The notes under the pieces are model-generated. The model searched no databases and was not told where the DNA came from. It saw only the letters and a program-made list of their open reading frames with translations. Shown here piece by piece: positions 26,101 to 43,108 of a stretch of 64,000 bases of DNA. Each line of letters starts with the position of its first letter. Positions within the stretch are counted from its first letter, which is position 1. This DNA is from the human T2T-CHM13v2.0 reference genome, Homo sapiens: NCBI RefSeq assembly GCF_009914755.1, contig NC_060926.1; one strand, written 5' to 3'. The translations under genes and the position numbers were made by a program.

Positions 26101-29100
26101 GGTCTCTACTCCCCAAATGAAGCCTGCCAAATGGGGCTAAGTTCTCGACCTACCCTCAAAACAGCTGAGTCTGGGCTTTGCAGGGAGAAGAACAGCAGCC
26201 CCTAGTGAAGCAAAATCCAGCCAAAGACACGGCACATTCTGGCCAGGGATCTTTCTACATAGGCCAGGGTCAGAGCTCAGCAGAGAGCCAGGCCAGCTGG
26301 CCCATTTATGAAACTGATTGATAGCTAGAGGCTGAGTCGGGATGCAGGCTCAGGGTGAAGACCGCCTTCTGAGAGCACAAGGAGACCAGAATGGTGAGGA
26401 GCATTTGTCGGAGGAGTCTTATCTGACTGTGGGCCCCACTGTCCTTCCCACCTGTCACTGCTTATGTGTGGTCAAATGAACACAGTCATCCCACGTAGAG
26501 TACTTTTGAAGCTAAACTTTCTGCCCAGACCTGGCTTTCTTCTGTGGTCTTCCCTGGTTCTCCATGGTACCACCACTCCCCTAGCCTCTGAGGCCTGAAC
26601 TCAGGCAAGCCCTGTTGATTCTTCTACAGGAGGGTTTTACATCTGTCCCCTGGGCACCTTCTCAGTCTCACACATCTTCCTCTCTGGCCCAGAACTTACA
26701 ATCATTTCCTAAACGGGCCTGTCCAGCCTGTCATACGCAAAAGCCACAGTAATCTTCCTGACACGACTTTGCATGTGATCTTTTCTCATAAATTTGCAAT
26801 GTTCCACAAAACAATGAGCTGGGACTTCAAGGCCCTCTATAATTGGATCTTTTACCAAGTTTCCAGGCTCATGTCCCCATTACGAGTGCACTTATGCATG
26901 TGTGTACACACTCACAGCTTTTGATTAAGCCAGAATGACATACCCACTGTCCCTTAGAAATGTTCTGTGGATTCCTGTCATTGTGCTGTTGTTCCCACCA
27001 TTTCTTTACCTGGCACAGTCTCCCCCATAATGTGACATGTCTAAATCCCTCCTGTCCTTTCCACCCTCCTCCCCCTCCTTCCACCTTCCAGGCCCACAGA
27101 GAGTCCTGTCCACCTTGAATGCACACCCCATTTGTCATCTGCACCACATATATGATTATGGCCTCCAGATGACTGGTAAGTTAGACGGGGCATGTGTTAC
27201 TATCCCCGTTTTACAGAAGCAGAAACCGTGCCTCGGGAGCTGAAAGATCTGTCTCCCCATGGTGGCACAGCAATGGGTAGCTTCAGCAGAACTCGCCCTG
27301 GTGTCCAGCCCAGCCCAGTCATTTCTCATTCTCTCTGCAGTGCCAGAGGCAGAAGAGCCAGGGCACTGAAGAGGAGGAGGTGGCAGCAGCAGGGGGAGGG
27401 AACAACAGGCCATCATTGAGGACGTCACTCACTCACGGTCCAAAGACCCTGAGGAAAAGCAGTGAGTAGTGGCTGGCTCCCCAGTCAGCCAGAAAAAATA
27501 GGACAAGCTCAGCTTGAGGAAGGATCCAGCCCAGCTCCCACCACGTGGTCAGCCAGACTTGAGGCGGAGGAGTGGGCTGCTCCTATAAGCAACCCCACGG
27601 CCATGTGGTAGAAACTGGAGGGGCAGTGTTTCTGGTTTCCTGGAAGGTCAGACTGAGGCAACTGCCATCGTTGTATATTTCTGTTATCACGTTGACTCGG
27701 GGGAGTCCAACGCCATTTGTCAGATGGTGCAGGAAAACACAGTAACCAGGCCTTCAAAACAGGGCGCCTTTGTCCACGGCTGACACCCTGGCTGGGAGCC
27801 CAGCTCAGCTTCAGGGGAAGATTTAGGTCAGAAGAAAAATGGGAGGGGTGGGCGCGGCTTCAGCCTTAGAATCTGTTTCAGCACAAGATCGAGGCGTTTC
27901 ACCTCTTCCCATGGCCACACCTATGCCCCCCAGGACAGGGGGTGGGAAAGCCTGGCCTTACCTTAGTCATTACAACTGGCTTTGGGGGGAAAGTATTGGT
28001 GGGCCCCGCAAGAGAGCTATCTGGCAAATTCCTATATTCTGGAAAGTCCCCAGGCCATTTTTTCAAGCTGTCACTTCTTTCCAGTCGGCTCAAGTCAGAA
28101 AGTCTTTACTGACCTCTGGGGTGAGCACAGACCTGTGCACACAGTGATGTGGCTCCTTTGGAAACTTCCATAAACCTGGGGAATGGGGAGAAGGATCCCT
28201 CAGAGCCACAGAACCAGGAGCAATTTCCAAAGCAAAGGAGGCTTGCCAGGCAAGGCGGAGGTTGTCCTGGATCATTTGGAGTGTGATGGCTTCCTATTGA
28301 CTTCCTTCTGCGTGGCGTTTCAAGGGACACTACTCAAAGGGGGTTTATGAAGAGCAGCCCCTTCACAACTTGCTGTTACAACTTCTCTTCAAACATCCTT
28401 TCCAAAAGACTCCTTTTCACTGGGGTCAGCCAGAGAAGCTGCCTCCAAGCCCACTTCTTACTCTCAATGTGCATTTACAAGGTGGCAAAGAGGTTCCCGC
28501 ATTTTGTGAAAAATATCAGTGACCTGCTCTGACCTGGCTCTGGCTGCTGACCGCCACCTTCCTGCCGGCCTCGCCTGCCATCTTGTGGACAAAAGCAGTA
28601 CTGCTGCCAGAGAGACGATCTTGGGCCCAGGTTTCTAAAGCAAACTTGAAAATCAACCAGGGGAGGGCCATGAAGAAAATTACTCTTGAATGGCAAGAAA
28701 TCAATAATGATAGGTTTCACTTTCTCCAGCCAAGACGCACTTCTTTGCCATTTCCAGCATGTCTTATCTCACTTATCATCCAACAAGCATGCAGGTGAGC
28801 ACCTGCTGTGTCCCAGGTGCCATGCTAGGCACAGGGGTAGACATGAATCAAACAGTCCCTGTCCCAGAAAAGCCTGCAGTCTGGAAGTACAGAAACACGT
28901 GAGCCAATAGAAACATCTGAACGTGAGTGGTGCATTAAAGAAATGTACCACAGGCTGCAAGGCCCCCAAAGAGGAAGTCTGCTTGGGACAAAAAAGGGAA
29001 ATGGTGCAAGGGGAACAGAAGGTGACATCTGGCCAATGGCGAGCAGTGAAAATCAAAAATTAGGGGAGAGAAGGTTCAATTAAGTGTCGTCAAATCGAAA

Positions 29101-29289
29101 CTTCCACCACTTCCTTCATCCCTGAGTCAGCAATGTTGTCAGTAGGAGACTGGTCATGTGTAAGCTTGCAGGGTGCCTTAAACGGGGAGAGGTAAAGGGT
29201 TATGGGATCTTTTTCAACGCAGTTTGTGGGGGCCTATATGTCAGTCCACATGTGTGTGATGGTACCAAGTCCAAGAAGAAGGAAAACAA

Positions 29290-29510
29290 AACAGGCTCTG
29301 GGTAAAACAAACCTGGGTCTGGATCTCAACTGCACTACTTAAGAGTTGTGTGACATGCATGAGCAAATAGCTTAACGTTTCTGAGCCACAGTTTCTTCAC
29401 ACATAAATAGAGGTGATAATCACAATCCCCCATGAAAGGAATGAAACAAAGGTTCATGTGGACCCCTAGCCCAAGGCCTAACGCATACGTGCCCTCATAA
29501 ATGACTGGTG
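29290..29510 (+). mobile_element. MIR
   Basis: CCTGGGTCTGGATCTC...TGTGTGAC...CTGAGCCACAGTTTCTTCAC core. Confidence 0.7.
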
Positions 29511-31856
29511 GTGGTGGCATCACGGCACGATGTCAAGGGCCCAGCACAGTTCTCCCCTAAGACCTCTCAGGGTCCGCCTGTTCCCAGAGGCTTCCCCATA
29601 CCTCTCAGGCATCTTTCACATAAGCTTGCCAGATTCTGCCTGGGATATACTTATATGAAAACGTTATTTATCTGAAATGTAGCTGGTCCTCCTCTCTTTT
29701 TAGCTGCTAACTCTGGCAATCCTACTTCCAATCTCATGTTGCAGGTATATGACCCAAGGCAGTCAAGGGAGATTACAGGAGTGGATTGGGGCTGTTGTGG
29801 AAGCCCCTTTGAAGTTGCAGGTAGTGCACACCAAGGTCAGAGGCTTTCTGGCAGCTTCTGCAGGTCAAAGCTTCATTGGATCCACTCTCTTATATCGCCA
29901 AAGCAGGTTCCCCTTGAATTCTGTGGGAAACTAGTTCTGAGGGATGGAAACACAGAGCACACCAGAGGTAATGAGTCTAGAGTCAAATAAACTTGGGAAA
30001 ATCTGCATTAAACAAAAAGTACAGCGGTTCCCTTCAATGCCAGATGTCTCAAGATGCTTCAACACAACCATATGAATCATGAATTTCTAGCAGGCGGGTA
30101 TGGTGTACAGAACTTCCCAAACTTTCCAGTCATGGAAACTTGATCTTCATGGTCCATCCCTTGGGATTGGCTTCCTGAGAAATACTCTCTGGGAAACACT
30201 GCCCAAATGGTTGACCTCTGAAAGCAAAGCCATGTTCAAAACTCCTCTAAACCTCAGACGAAACCCAGGTGCTGATTCAGTCCCTGTAAAATGAGCCATT
30301 TTTGAACCTGCCAGCAACTGAGGCAGCCTCTTAACCAGCAGACAGCCAACACAGTCACAGCCACAGCCCGTGTTTGGGTTTTTAAGGAGGGACCTACATT
30401 AAGTACTTGTGTTTTAAGCTGATAGGTATTCATCATCTTGTGGCACAAGAAAAGGGTCTGAGAAGCCTTCCCCTGACTCCCAGCCATCTCTCTCATTAAC
30501 CTGCCTCTACACCTAAAACTTCATCGTTGGATGAAGAGGCCTCGATACAAAGGCAAATATGCCTGGGAAGAGTGGCACGTCACCACGTGTGACCCGTCAC
30601 CATGAGTTAGCATGAGTCTGTAGATGGGATTCCTCTCAGGGTTGCAGCTCCCATGCCAGCTTTGATTTCCTGGCAAGGAAGTTACACTGGGGCTCAAATC
30701 AGGCTCTAGCAGTGCAAGGTTAGGGAAGGGGCAGGGCCTGCCTGAGCTGTCTGGGGTGGGTGCAGGCTCTGCTGGGGTTGGCAGAGAAGAAACAAGCCAG
30801 GTGCTCCAGAATTTGCCAAACTCAGATCTTACACAGAATCTTATAAAGATCTAAACACAGGTTTGGAGTGACCATCCCTCACATGCAGCTGGGCACTGAC
30901 TCCTTTCCCATAGATCCAGCTCACCTCTGGGGACTCTGGTCAACCCAGGGGCCTCTCAGTCACCTGTGGGAATACCCAGTGCCTATGGTGCAGGTCAGCC
31001 TTGGACCACACCTTCCCTAACCTAACCCCCAAATCTGGTAACTGAGTCCCACCCACTACTGCAGTTCGAGACCCGAATGCCTACTCTTGGCCCCTCACCT
31101 TATTTCCTCAGTCCTGAACTTGGCTTCCTGCCAGACCGCCCCCCCCTCCTCCTGCCTCAGTCTTCTATCTGTCATTCCACTTCAGGTCCCCCAGCTCTTA
31201 ACCTTACATCCCTTCAAGGGTCTGATGTCCTACCCCAAGCCACAGGACAAACCCAGCCCCTTACTTCCACAGCTTTGTCGATGCCTCCTGTCTGCTGGAA
31301 GGAGCCTCAGGCCATGCTGCACCTGCCTGCTGGGATGGCTGCTTACTGCCTCCTGCTAGGCCTCCCAAACGCCGTATGCCCCCCTACTTCTGGCTCCTTC
31401 CATGGTCCATCTCATTCCCATGGTTCTGTCTGGGTCCAGCTCCCACGTATCCTCCTCCCACGTTCATCTCCTCCCTGGAACACAGACCTCCACAAAGCTA
31501 GTGCTACTGACTTGGGTTGCCACCGGGCATTCTCTGAAGCTGAAATCCCTCCCAAGGTTCTTGTTGGTTCTGCTTTTCTGAGGTGACCTTCTGATAATTC
31601 TGCAATGGGGCAGGAGCAGGAATCCCTGGACAAACTAAGCTGAAAGCCTCCCACCAACGTTAAGCGGGGACCACAAGGGGGCAGTATCAGTTAATGCTTG
31701 CTTCACAGAGCTGCACGAGGTTACCCTCTTATTGTTGCTGAGGGGAGTGGGAGGATAGAGCAGTGCACACAGTGGAGAGTTCTTTAGGGGAATAAGCTTA
31801 TTTTGTGTTAATTTATGCAAAATAAAAAAGGTGTCAGATGAAACATTCAAGGAGGC

Positions 31857-33136
31857 TTTATTGAGGGAGACTCCAACGATGTCATAAGGGAGACCCTCCG
31901 CTATCTTTCAGCTGAGCCAGTTTGTGCACCGGGAATTAAGAAAGCAAATTCTAAACGGCTTCTTGGGAGCAGCACCAACAGCAGGTGCATGACTATGCTC
32001 CAAGCCCACATGTTGTAAGATGGAAACAATAACAGCCCCATAGGAGGCAGAACAGGCAAAATTGCCCTCATTTTTAGATGCAGGAGCTGCACCCCCAGAG
32101 GATTCCAATAACTTGCCAAGGTCTTGGCTTGGCTAATGGCAGAGCTGGGGCCAGAATGCCAGGACTCCTGTCACCCGCGCAGAACATCTTCCACTACACT
32201 CCACCGGGTCTCTCCTCTGATCCCAAATGAATCAATCAGTAAGCTGTTACTGATAGCTACCATGGGCCCAGGCTGGATGGTTTCCAGGGCCCCTTCCAGC
32301 TCTGAATAACGAAAGCCGCAGATTTCAGCCTAACACAGACTCTACCTTGGAACATTCCTTTCTTCTGCAGCTCCAATCTGCTTGAGTCCAAGAACACCTT
32401 TATTCAGGTTTCTCCGAGGTCACCTTAAGGGGGCTTTGATTTACCAAACCCAGTACACGAATGACTATTGGGTTCCCATAAATTATAAACTGAGGGAAAG
32501 CAGTTTTTCCAATTATGCATAAAGTTCCTTTAAACAGCAAAGTTCCCACACCTGTCACCCTGCTACCCAAGCATTTAAAATAGAATTGAACTTATAAGAC
32601 TTTGATGTACATCCAACGTTGTGAGAATTCATCTACTGCTGATCCACCCACATCAAGGTAGAGAAATAAAAGGAAAGTGGTTAGGAATTAGGAATTAAGG
32701 CCTCTGGTTCTGCTGGGTGTGTGTGAGCACAAAAAGGAGAAGGTGGCCAGGCGCGGTGGCTCATGCCTGTAGTCCGAGCACTTTGGGAGGCCGAGGCGGG
32801 CAGATCACGACGTCAGGAGTTTGAGACCAGCCTGGCCAATATAGTGAAACTCTTGACTCTACTAAAAATAACCTTGGCAAGTTATTGGAATCCTCTGGGG
32901 GTGCAGCTCCTGCATCTAAAAATGAGGGCAATTTTGCCTGTTCTGCCTCCTATGGGGCTGTTATTGTTTCCATCTTACAACATGTGGGCTTGGAGCATAG
33001 TCATGCACCTGCTGTTGGTGCCGCTCCCAAGAAGCCGTTTAGAATTTGCTTTCTTAATTCCCGGTGCACAAACTGGCTCAGCTGAAAGATAGCGGAGGGT
33101 CTCCCTTATGATATCGTTGGAGTCTCCCTCAATAAA
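31857..33136. repeat. Inverted repeat with 266-bp arms at 31857-32122 and 32871-33136, 748-bp spacer
   Basis: Reverse-complement match with only 2 mismatches seen; identical 66-aa ORFs on opposite strands (31908..32108 - and 32885..33085 +). Confidence 0.97.
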
Positions 33137-33300
33137 TCAGCCAGGCATGGTGGCACACACTTGTAGTCCCAGCTACTCGGGAGGCTGAGGCAGAAGAATT
33201 ACTTGAACCCAGGAGGCAGAGGTTACAGTGAGCTGAGATCGCGCCTGGGTGACAGAGTGAGACTCCATCCCTCCCCCGCCCCCCCCCCCCCCAAAAAAAA
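32745..33300 (+). mobile_element. AluS element with a 266-bp foreign insertion in its A-rich linker
   Basis: Left arm 32745-32870, right arm 33137-33270, C-rich then A tail; TSD core GAGAAGGT on both sides. Confidence 0.93.
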
Positions 33301-33874
33301 GAGAGAGAAGGTATAACTCTTTGACCCTCTGGTCCACCAGCCTTTTTCATACTTGCCAACCAGAAGGGAGCCAGTCCCTCCTGGCCAGGGCCATTGACCA
33401 AACTGACTCTTTAATGGCACCTACAGTGAGCAAGGTAGTGTGCTCCGTCCTCAGCCAGCCTCTAATCTAGTGGTAGAGATGACACAAGGCCAGAACATTT
33501 TATCACCAGGCAGCCAGAGAGACGTGTAGCACAGGTGGTAGTAGCTGGAGATGGGAGTATGTTCACAGGTGGAAATAAGAGGGTTTTGTAGGCCAAGGAA
33601 ACTGCCAGCAAAGACAGGAAGGCAGGCAAGCATAGGATGTATTTAGAGAACATTAAGATGCATTCCCTGTCTCCAACTTGATTATAAATTCCAGAAAGGA
33701 AGGAATTGTATATGATGATCCTTGGTGTTTCCTCGGAGTGCCTAGGACAGGGTCATGAATGTGGAAGGGGCTTGCAAAATACTGTTTTTGGGTGAACTTC
33801 TCAAGTCAGGACATTTCCCCAGGGCAAAGAGGCAGGTGTGTTGAAAGGAAACTGACTTGCTAGTAAGTACACAC

Positions 33875-34503
33875 TATGCCAGTTTCCCATGTATTGCCTC
33901 TCTGCGGCACATCCTCACTTAATTTCCCTGCTTGTGATAACTGAAGCTGAACCTATTAACATGTCCCTTGTTAGCTAGCACAGTATTAAGCTTTGTCAGT
34001 AGATAGCACTGGAGAGACGTCACTGGAGGAAGGGGCTTCTCTTCCTGGTTCTTGAGTGCCTTCCTTTTTTCCTACTCTGGCAAAGCTCTAATGCTTGGCC
34101 CACATGTAGAACACTTAGTGACTGTCACCCCCAGAAAACTTCAGTAGCACCTTGGGGAAGCTCCCCAAAAAGTTTCCCAGCTAAGGTTCTCTTCAGTAAC
34201 TTCCTGGCAGGTTCAATGGCAGGAAGCTTACCAATGAGTTTTGTTCACATCCAGCACTTACCAGGGTTGACCTGTTTGACCTTGACCTCAGCAAACTTTT
34301 ATGCCATTCAGTGCTTCAGCCATACCATCTCCAAAGAGGGGCACCTCTTCTAAGTTTATTCTAGTCTAGATATATTAGAGTTCTCTTTTACCCTCTAAGT
34401 AGTAACCAGTCCCCTGTTCCTAGTTAATAATTCTTTATATTCTACCTTCCCTGTTGGAATTATTGTGTGGTTTCTGTCTCCTGACTAGGCCCTGACTGAT
34501 ACA
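33875..34503 (+). mobile_element. ERVL-class solo LTR (LTR41/LTR33-like)
   Basis: AAGCTTTGTCAGTAGA-type motif; 3' terminus TGTGTGGTTTCTGTCTCCTGACTAGGCCCTGACTGATACA; ACAC on both flanks. Confidence 0.65.
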
Positions 34504-34709
34504 ACACTCATACACGTGCATTCACCCACTTGCCTGTATACTCCCTTCTCCCTCCTCAGTCTGATTTCTCCAATGAATCCTTGGAGCACCCTGAGTCAAG
34601 TCTTTCTCTTGGATAGTACTTATGTCAGCCAGGGTTCAGCCAGGAAAACAGAAACCACACTAAGTATTTCAAGCAGGAAGGGATTGAATACAGAGACTTT
34701 AGTACCGAA

Positions 34710-34915
34710 ATCCTAGCTTCACCTCTTCCTAGCTGTGTAACTGTGGGCAGGTAACTTCTGTCGGCAACTCAGTTTCCACTTCTCTAAAGATAAAAGTAAT
34801 AATGGTACCTAACTCATAGATTGCTCTGAAAATTAAGTAAAATGATCCGTGAAAAATTCTCAGTGTCTGGTACATGGTTAGTGCCCGATAAATGTAAGCG
34901 ATTATTACTGTTACT
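34710..34915 (+). mobile_element. MIR
   Basis: CCTAGCTGTGTAACTGTGGGCAGGTAACTT...CAGTTTCC...GGTACCTAACTCATAG. Confidence 0.75.
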
Positions 34916-35214
34916 ATTATAATCTTCTAAACACTTCAAGACATCTGAGGAAAGTGTTCAAAGCCACAACAGAGTCTGAAGCTGAGGCAGTTAGAAAAGG
35001 AAGAGGACATTTTTGCAGTAAGATGTCCATTCCTGGTTGAAGGAAGACTACCCTGGATTGGAGGTAGAGGGAGGTGGCAAGGATATGACCAAGTGGCTCA
35101 AAGATACCTGTCTGTCCTCAACTTGAACAAGTTATACATACTAAACTTTCTTCACCTGTGCTGAGCAAAGGTCTCTCCTCCAGACATCTTTTTACATTTT
35201 TAGTTGAAAAGATA

Positions 35215-35512
35215 GGCCAGACGCAGTGGCTCACACCTATAATCCCAGCTCTTTGGGAGGCTGAGGTGGGAGGATCACTTGCATCCAGGAGTTTGAGACC
35301 AGCCTGGGCAACATAGCCAGACCCCATCTCTGGGATCAAAAAATCAAAAATCAAAAATTAGCCAGGCATGGTGGCATGTGCCTACAGACCCAGCTACTTG
35401 GGAGGCTGAGATTGGATGATTGCTTGGACTGGGAGAGGTCAAAGCTACAGTGAGCCATAATCTCACCACTGCACTCCAGCCTGGGTGACAGAGTGAGACT
35501 GTGTCAAAAAAA
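35215..35512 (+). mobile_element. AluJ-like element
   Basis: Dimeric Alu. Confidence 0.92.
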
Positions 35513-35781
35513 TTATATATATAAAATATGCATATATATAATGCATATAAATTACATATATGTATATTATGTACATGGTTTAAAAAAAAGTCAAAGAGTA
35601 CAAAATGGTATTATAGTTAAGAATCAGTCTCCTTCTGACCCCCAACCCCTCAGCTCTCTGACCACAGACAGCCACCATGAAGCAGTTTCTTGTATCTTTT
35701 CAGACATACTCTACTATATTTTCATATTTTAATACATATGGAAGAACTGTTCTTGCTTTCCTAGTAAATAACATATCTTGG

Positions 35782-35945
35782 GGCCAAGCTCGGTGGCTCA
35801 CACCTGTAATTCCAGCAGTTTGGAAGGCTGATGCAGGAGGATCTCTTGAGCCCAGGAGGTCAAGGCGGCAATTGAGCCATGACAGTGCCAATGCACCCCA
35901 GCCTAAGTGACAGAGTGAGACCCTGTCCTGAAAAAAAAAAAAAAA
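35782..35945 (+). mobile_element. Monomer-length Alu (FRAM-like or internally deleted)
   Basis: Alu 5' start joined to right-arm end with A tail. Confidence 0.8.
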
Positions 35946-37872
35946 TCTTGAAGAACAAGGTATTTGCACTGATGAAGCTACTGTATTCTCATTTTTTCTT
36001 TCGTCTTGTTCTTTTTAGCATCTACATGGTATTCATAAGGATGCAGCACTAATTGTTTAACCAGATCCCTTCTGGTGGAAATTTGTTTCCAGTCTTTTGC
36101 TGTTACAAATAACGCTGTAATACACCTCTATGGATATGCTAATTTTTATGAGGCAGAAAATCCTCTCACCTCTGAAGAGTTACAGGCCCCAAAGACCATC
36201 TTTGTAATATTGTATAAAGACACAGGGAAAGGAGATGGGAAGCCTGCATTCCAGTCATGGAATGCTCAACCACTAACATCCTTTGCATGCAGAGACGCAT
36301 CACCTCATCTGCCCGAGTGACTCGATTTTCTTGTTTATCAGGCAGCATCACTGTACCTGCTTTAAATGGCCTCACAAGGGCATTGTGAGAATCAAATGAG
36401 ATAATGTACATGAAAGCCTGTGCGCGCTGTACTAATACACAAGTCTCTCATCTGGTTGTGAAATCTAGAATTGATACGTTGCTCTGTGAATGTGCCCATC
36501 AATCTTCAACATGGTGCTTGCTACTCCCACTGTCCCTTCTAAGGGAAACTGACCCATCTGCAGCTCCTGCTGACAGACAATCCGAGGCTGCTGTGCACTG
36601 TGCCGTATCACCCTGCCCTCCCCATCCTTCCACTTCACCAGACTGAACTGGGCTGGGCACCTTCCCCATCCGATAATGATCCTCATCATCTGTTGCCTCT
36701 ATGTTTCCTCTCTGCCCTTCCCCTAGGAGGCATACCTCCATGAAACTGCATTAATTCATTAACCAAAACAATACAAAGCAACACAGAGTCTAGCATTCTC
36801 ATTTTCCTGTCTCTAGATACCAGTCCTTCAGGGAATTTTCCAGAAGTTGAGAAGACTGGTTGCATGAGCCTTGGGTTGGTTTGGCACTCGTGACAGTGTG
36901 AAAAGAGCCTCCGCCTCCTCCACTGAGCTCAGAGAAAGGTTTATAGTAAAGCCATTTGCAGGGGTAAGGGAGACAGGATCACATGGTAGCCCAATAACAG
37001 GCTTCCCTAGAATGAAAAGCTCTGTCCCAGTAGAGATAAGCCAGGTTATTCTGATTCCTGCCCTTGGAAAGGTCTACCAGGAAATCATGAGTGACTTAAG
37101 TAGGACAAACAACACAGAAGGCATACCGAGAGGCCATACAGTTGAGGCTATGAAGAACCATTAGAAGCTGAAGTTATGAGTAAGCTGAAGTCAGGAGGAA
37201 GCAGGAACCTTGCCTACAGTGAAGTATGAGGTTGGAGGTTGTGGGTTGACGGGGGTGAGGAAGGCTGTTGATGGGAAGTGAGGGGACACGGAGAAGCAGA
37301 AACACCGAAATCAGCTGAGTTATACGAATGACAAGGCACATGTGAAGCTGCACCAACTCTGGCTGCTGGTCTCAGAATTGCCCTGAATCCAGCACAGTCC
37401 CTGCTAGGCCAGCTCATCCCTCATCCCTGTTGCTGGGCTCCCACGTGTTCTTGTCTCCTTTACCCTTGCATATGGCTTTACTATACACTTCCTTTCTCTG
37501 AACTCAACAGAGAAAGCAGAAGCTCTTTTCATACTGTCACCAGTGCCAAACCGACCCAAGGCTCGTAAGACCTGTTTCCTCCACTTCTGGGAAGTTCCCT
37601 AAAGGACAGGGGTCTAGAGACAGGGAAATGAGAATGCTAGACTGTATGTTGCTTTGGAATACATTGCTCTGCTTAATGAATTAGTACACTTTCATGGAGG
37701 TCTGCCTCCTAGGGGAAGGGCAGAGAGGAGAAACAGAAGGCAACAGATGATGAGGATCAATTGACACTTTACTCATGCTGATCCTTTCCTCTCACCCAAA
37801 TCCCACCCACCCTTCATGTTCCCTCTTCCACCAAACCTTCCTCAGTTACTCCAGCCACATCAACCCTGATCC

Positions 37873-38152
37873 TTTTTTTTTTTGAGTTAGTCAGACTCTG
37901 TCACCCAGGTTGAAGTGCAGTGGCAAGATCACAGCTCACTTAAGTGGGCTCAAGCGATCCTCACACCTCCACCTTTCAAGTAGCTAGGACCCCAAGTACA
38001 TGCTACCATGCCCAGCTAATTTTTTTTTTTTTTTATAGAGGTGGATTCCCACTATGTTGCCCAGGCTGGTCTTGAACTCCTGGGCTCAAGCGATCTTCTA
38101 GACTCAGCCTCACAAAGTACTGGGATTACAGGCATGAGACCCTGAGCCCTGA
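37873..38152 (-). mobile_element. AluJ-like element
   Basis: Poly-T, reverse Alu arms, small internal deletion. Confidence 0.9.
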
Positions 38153-38169
38153 CCTCTTGACTCCTATGG

Positions 38170-38562
38170 TACATTGCCTGATTGGCCCCAGTTCTTCATC
38201 CCCTATATCGAGACCTTTTATCTTTCTTTGTGGTTCCTCCCACTAACTGGGCAGAGTACGTTTCACCATCCTTTGAGTTTCCCCATACAACTGGCTTTCT
38301 CCAATAACTTAAGATGGAAGTGATGGTGTGCCAGCTCCAAGGCCTCTTGTACTTCTTCCATCCCCGAGCAAAGGGTATGCCTAAGCTACCCCACTATTCC
38401 CAAGAGGAAGATAAGAGACACATGAAACAAAGCTGCCTCGGCCAAGCTCCCCCAGTTGAATCCAGCCTAAATCAGCCTACCTTTAGATGTCTGAGCTAAG
38501 GAAATGTTTATTGTTGTGGGCCACTGATCATTTAGGGTTGTTTGATCTATAGCTGACAACTA
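38170..38562 (+). mobile_element. MaLR (MLT1-type) LTR
   Basis: GAAGTGATGGTGTGCCAG...AAATGTTTATTGTTGTGGGCCACTGA...ATAGCTGAC. Confidence 0.6.
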
Positions 38563-38659
38563 CCCATAGTACTTATTGTGCATTTCCATACTTGGTGATT
38601 TAACAGCAGTGGATTATTTGTACATATGTCATTGTTTCTTTAAGCAGATCTCTGCTGGT

Positions 38660-38829
38660 TAAGATTGCCAGGTTTAACAAATAAAAATACAGGATTCCCA
38701 GTTAAATTTGAATTACAGACAAATAACTTTTTAGAAATCTGTCCCATCCAATTTTTAGAACATATTTATACTAAAATTTATGTAAAATTCAGATTTAACT
38801 GGGAATCCTGTATCTATCTGGTAATCCTA
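38660..38829. mobile_element. MER53-like hAT MITE
   Basis: Imperfect terminal inverted repeats TAAGATTGCCAG ... CTGGTAATCCTA; internal CCAGTTAAATTTGAATT. Confidence 0.7.
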
Positions 38830-39295
38830 CTCCTAGTAGTGCCTGAGGCAGGATAGATATCTTACACAACAGCTGTGAGATCATTTACATGGTCACCACC
38901 ATAATGTTGGGAGGGGAAAGCCATGGTTCAGTTAACGATTTGCAAAGACAGAAAGTGAACCTTGAGCATTCTCCTCTCCCCAGTGGCAAAATCTACTGCT
39001 CAGAATAATGGTGATCATGGTTATCTTTTGCCTAGTCCCTGTATGGGCAGCTTGTGGGCTAAACACCCTATCTAATTTATTATTATACTTAAGTTCTAGG
39101 GTACATGTGCACAATGTACAGGTTTGTTACATATGTATACATGTGCCATGTTGGTGTGCTGCACCCATTAACTCATCATATACATTAGGTATATCTCTTA
39201 ATGCTATCCCTCCCCCTTCCCCCCACCCCTCAACAGGCCCCAGTGTGTGATGTTCCCCACCCCGTGTCCAAGTGTTCTCATTATTCAATTCCCAC

Positions 39296-43108
<3,813 letters not shown>

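Noticed and set aside
27400-30610. Scattered CACGTG/RCGTG motifs as hypoxia-response elements near EPAS1
   Set aside because: Short motifs at a density not clearly above chance; needs ChIP data.
31077-31586. 169-aa Pro/Leu-rich ORF
   Set aside because: C-rich low-information sequence with no recognisable homology.
31901-33092. Identical small ORFs on opposite strands suggesting a duplicated gene
   Set aside because: By-product of the inverted duplication of MIR-containing non-coding DNA.
34150-37605. Similar GGGAAG(C/T)TCCC motifs ~3.43 kb apart as deletion microhomology
   Set aside because: Spacing does not exactly match the recalled deletion size, and a match this short can be chance.
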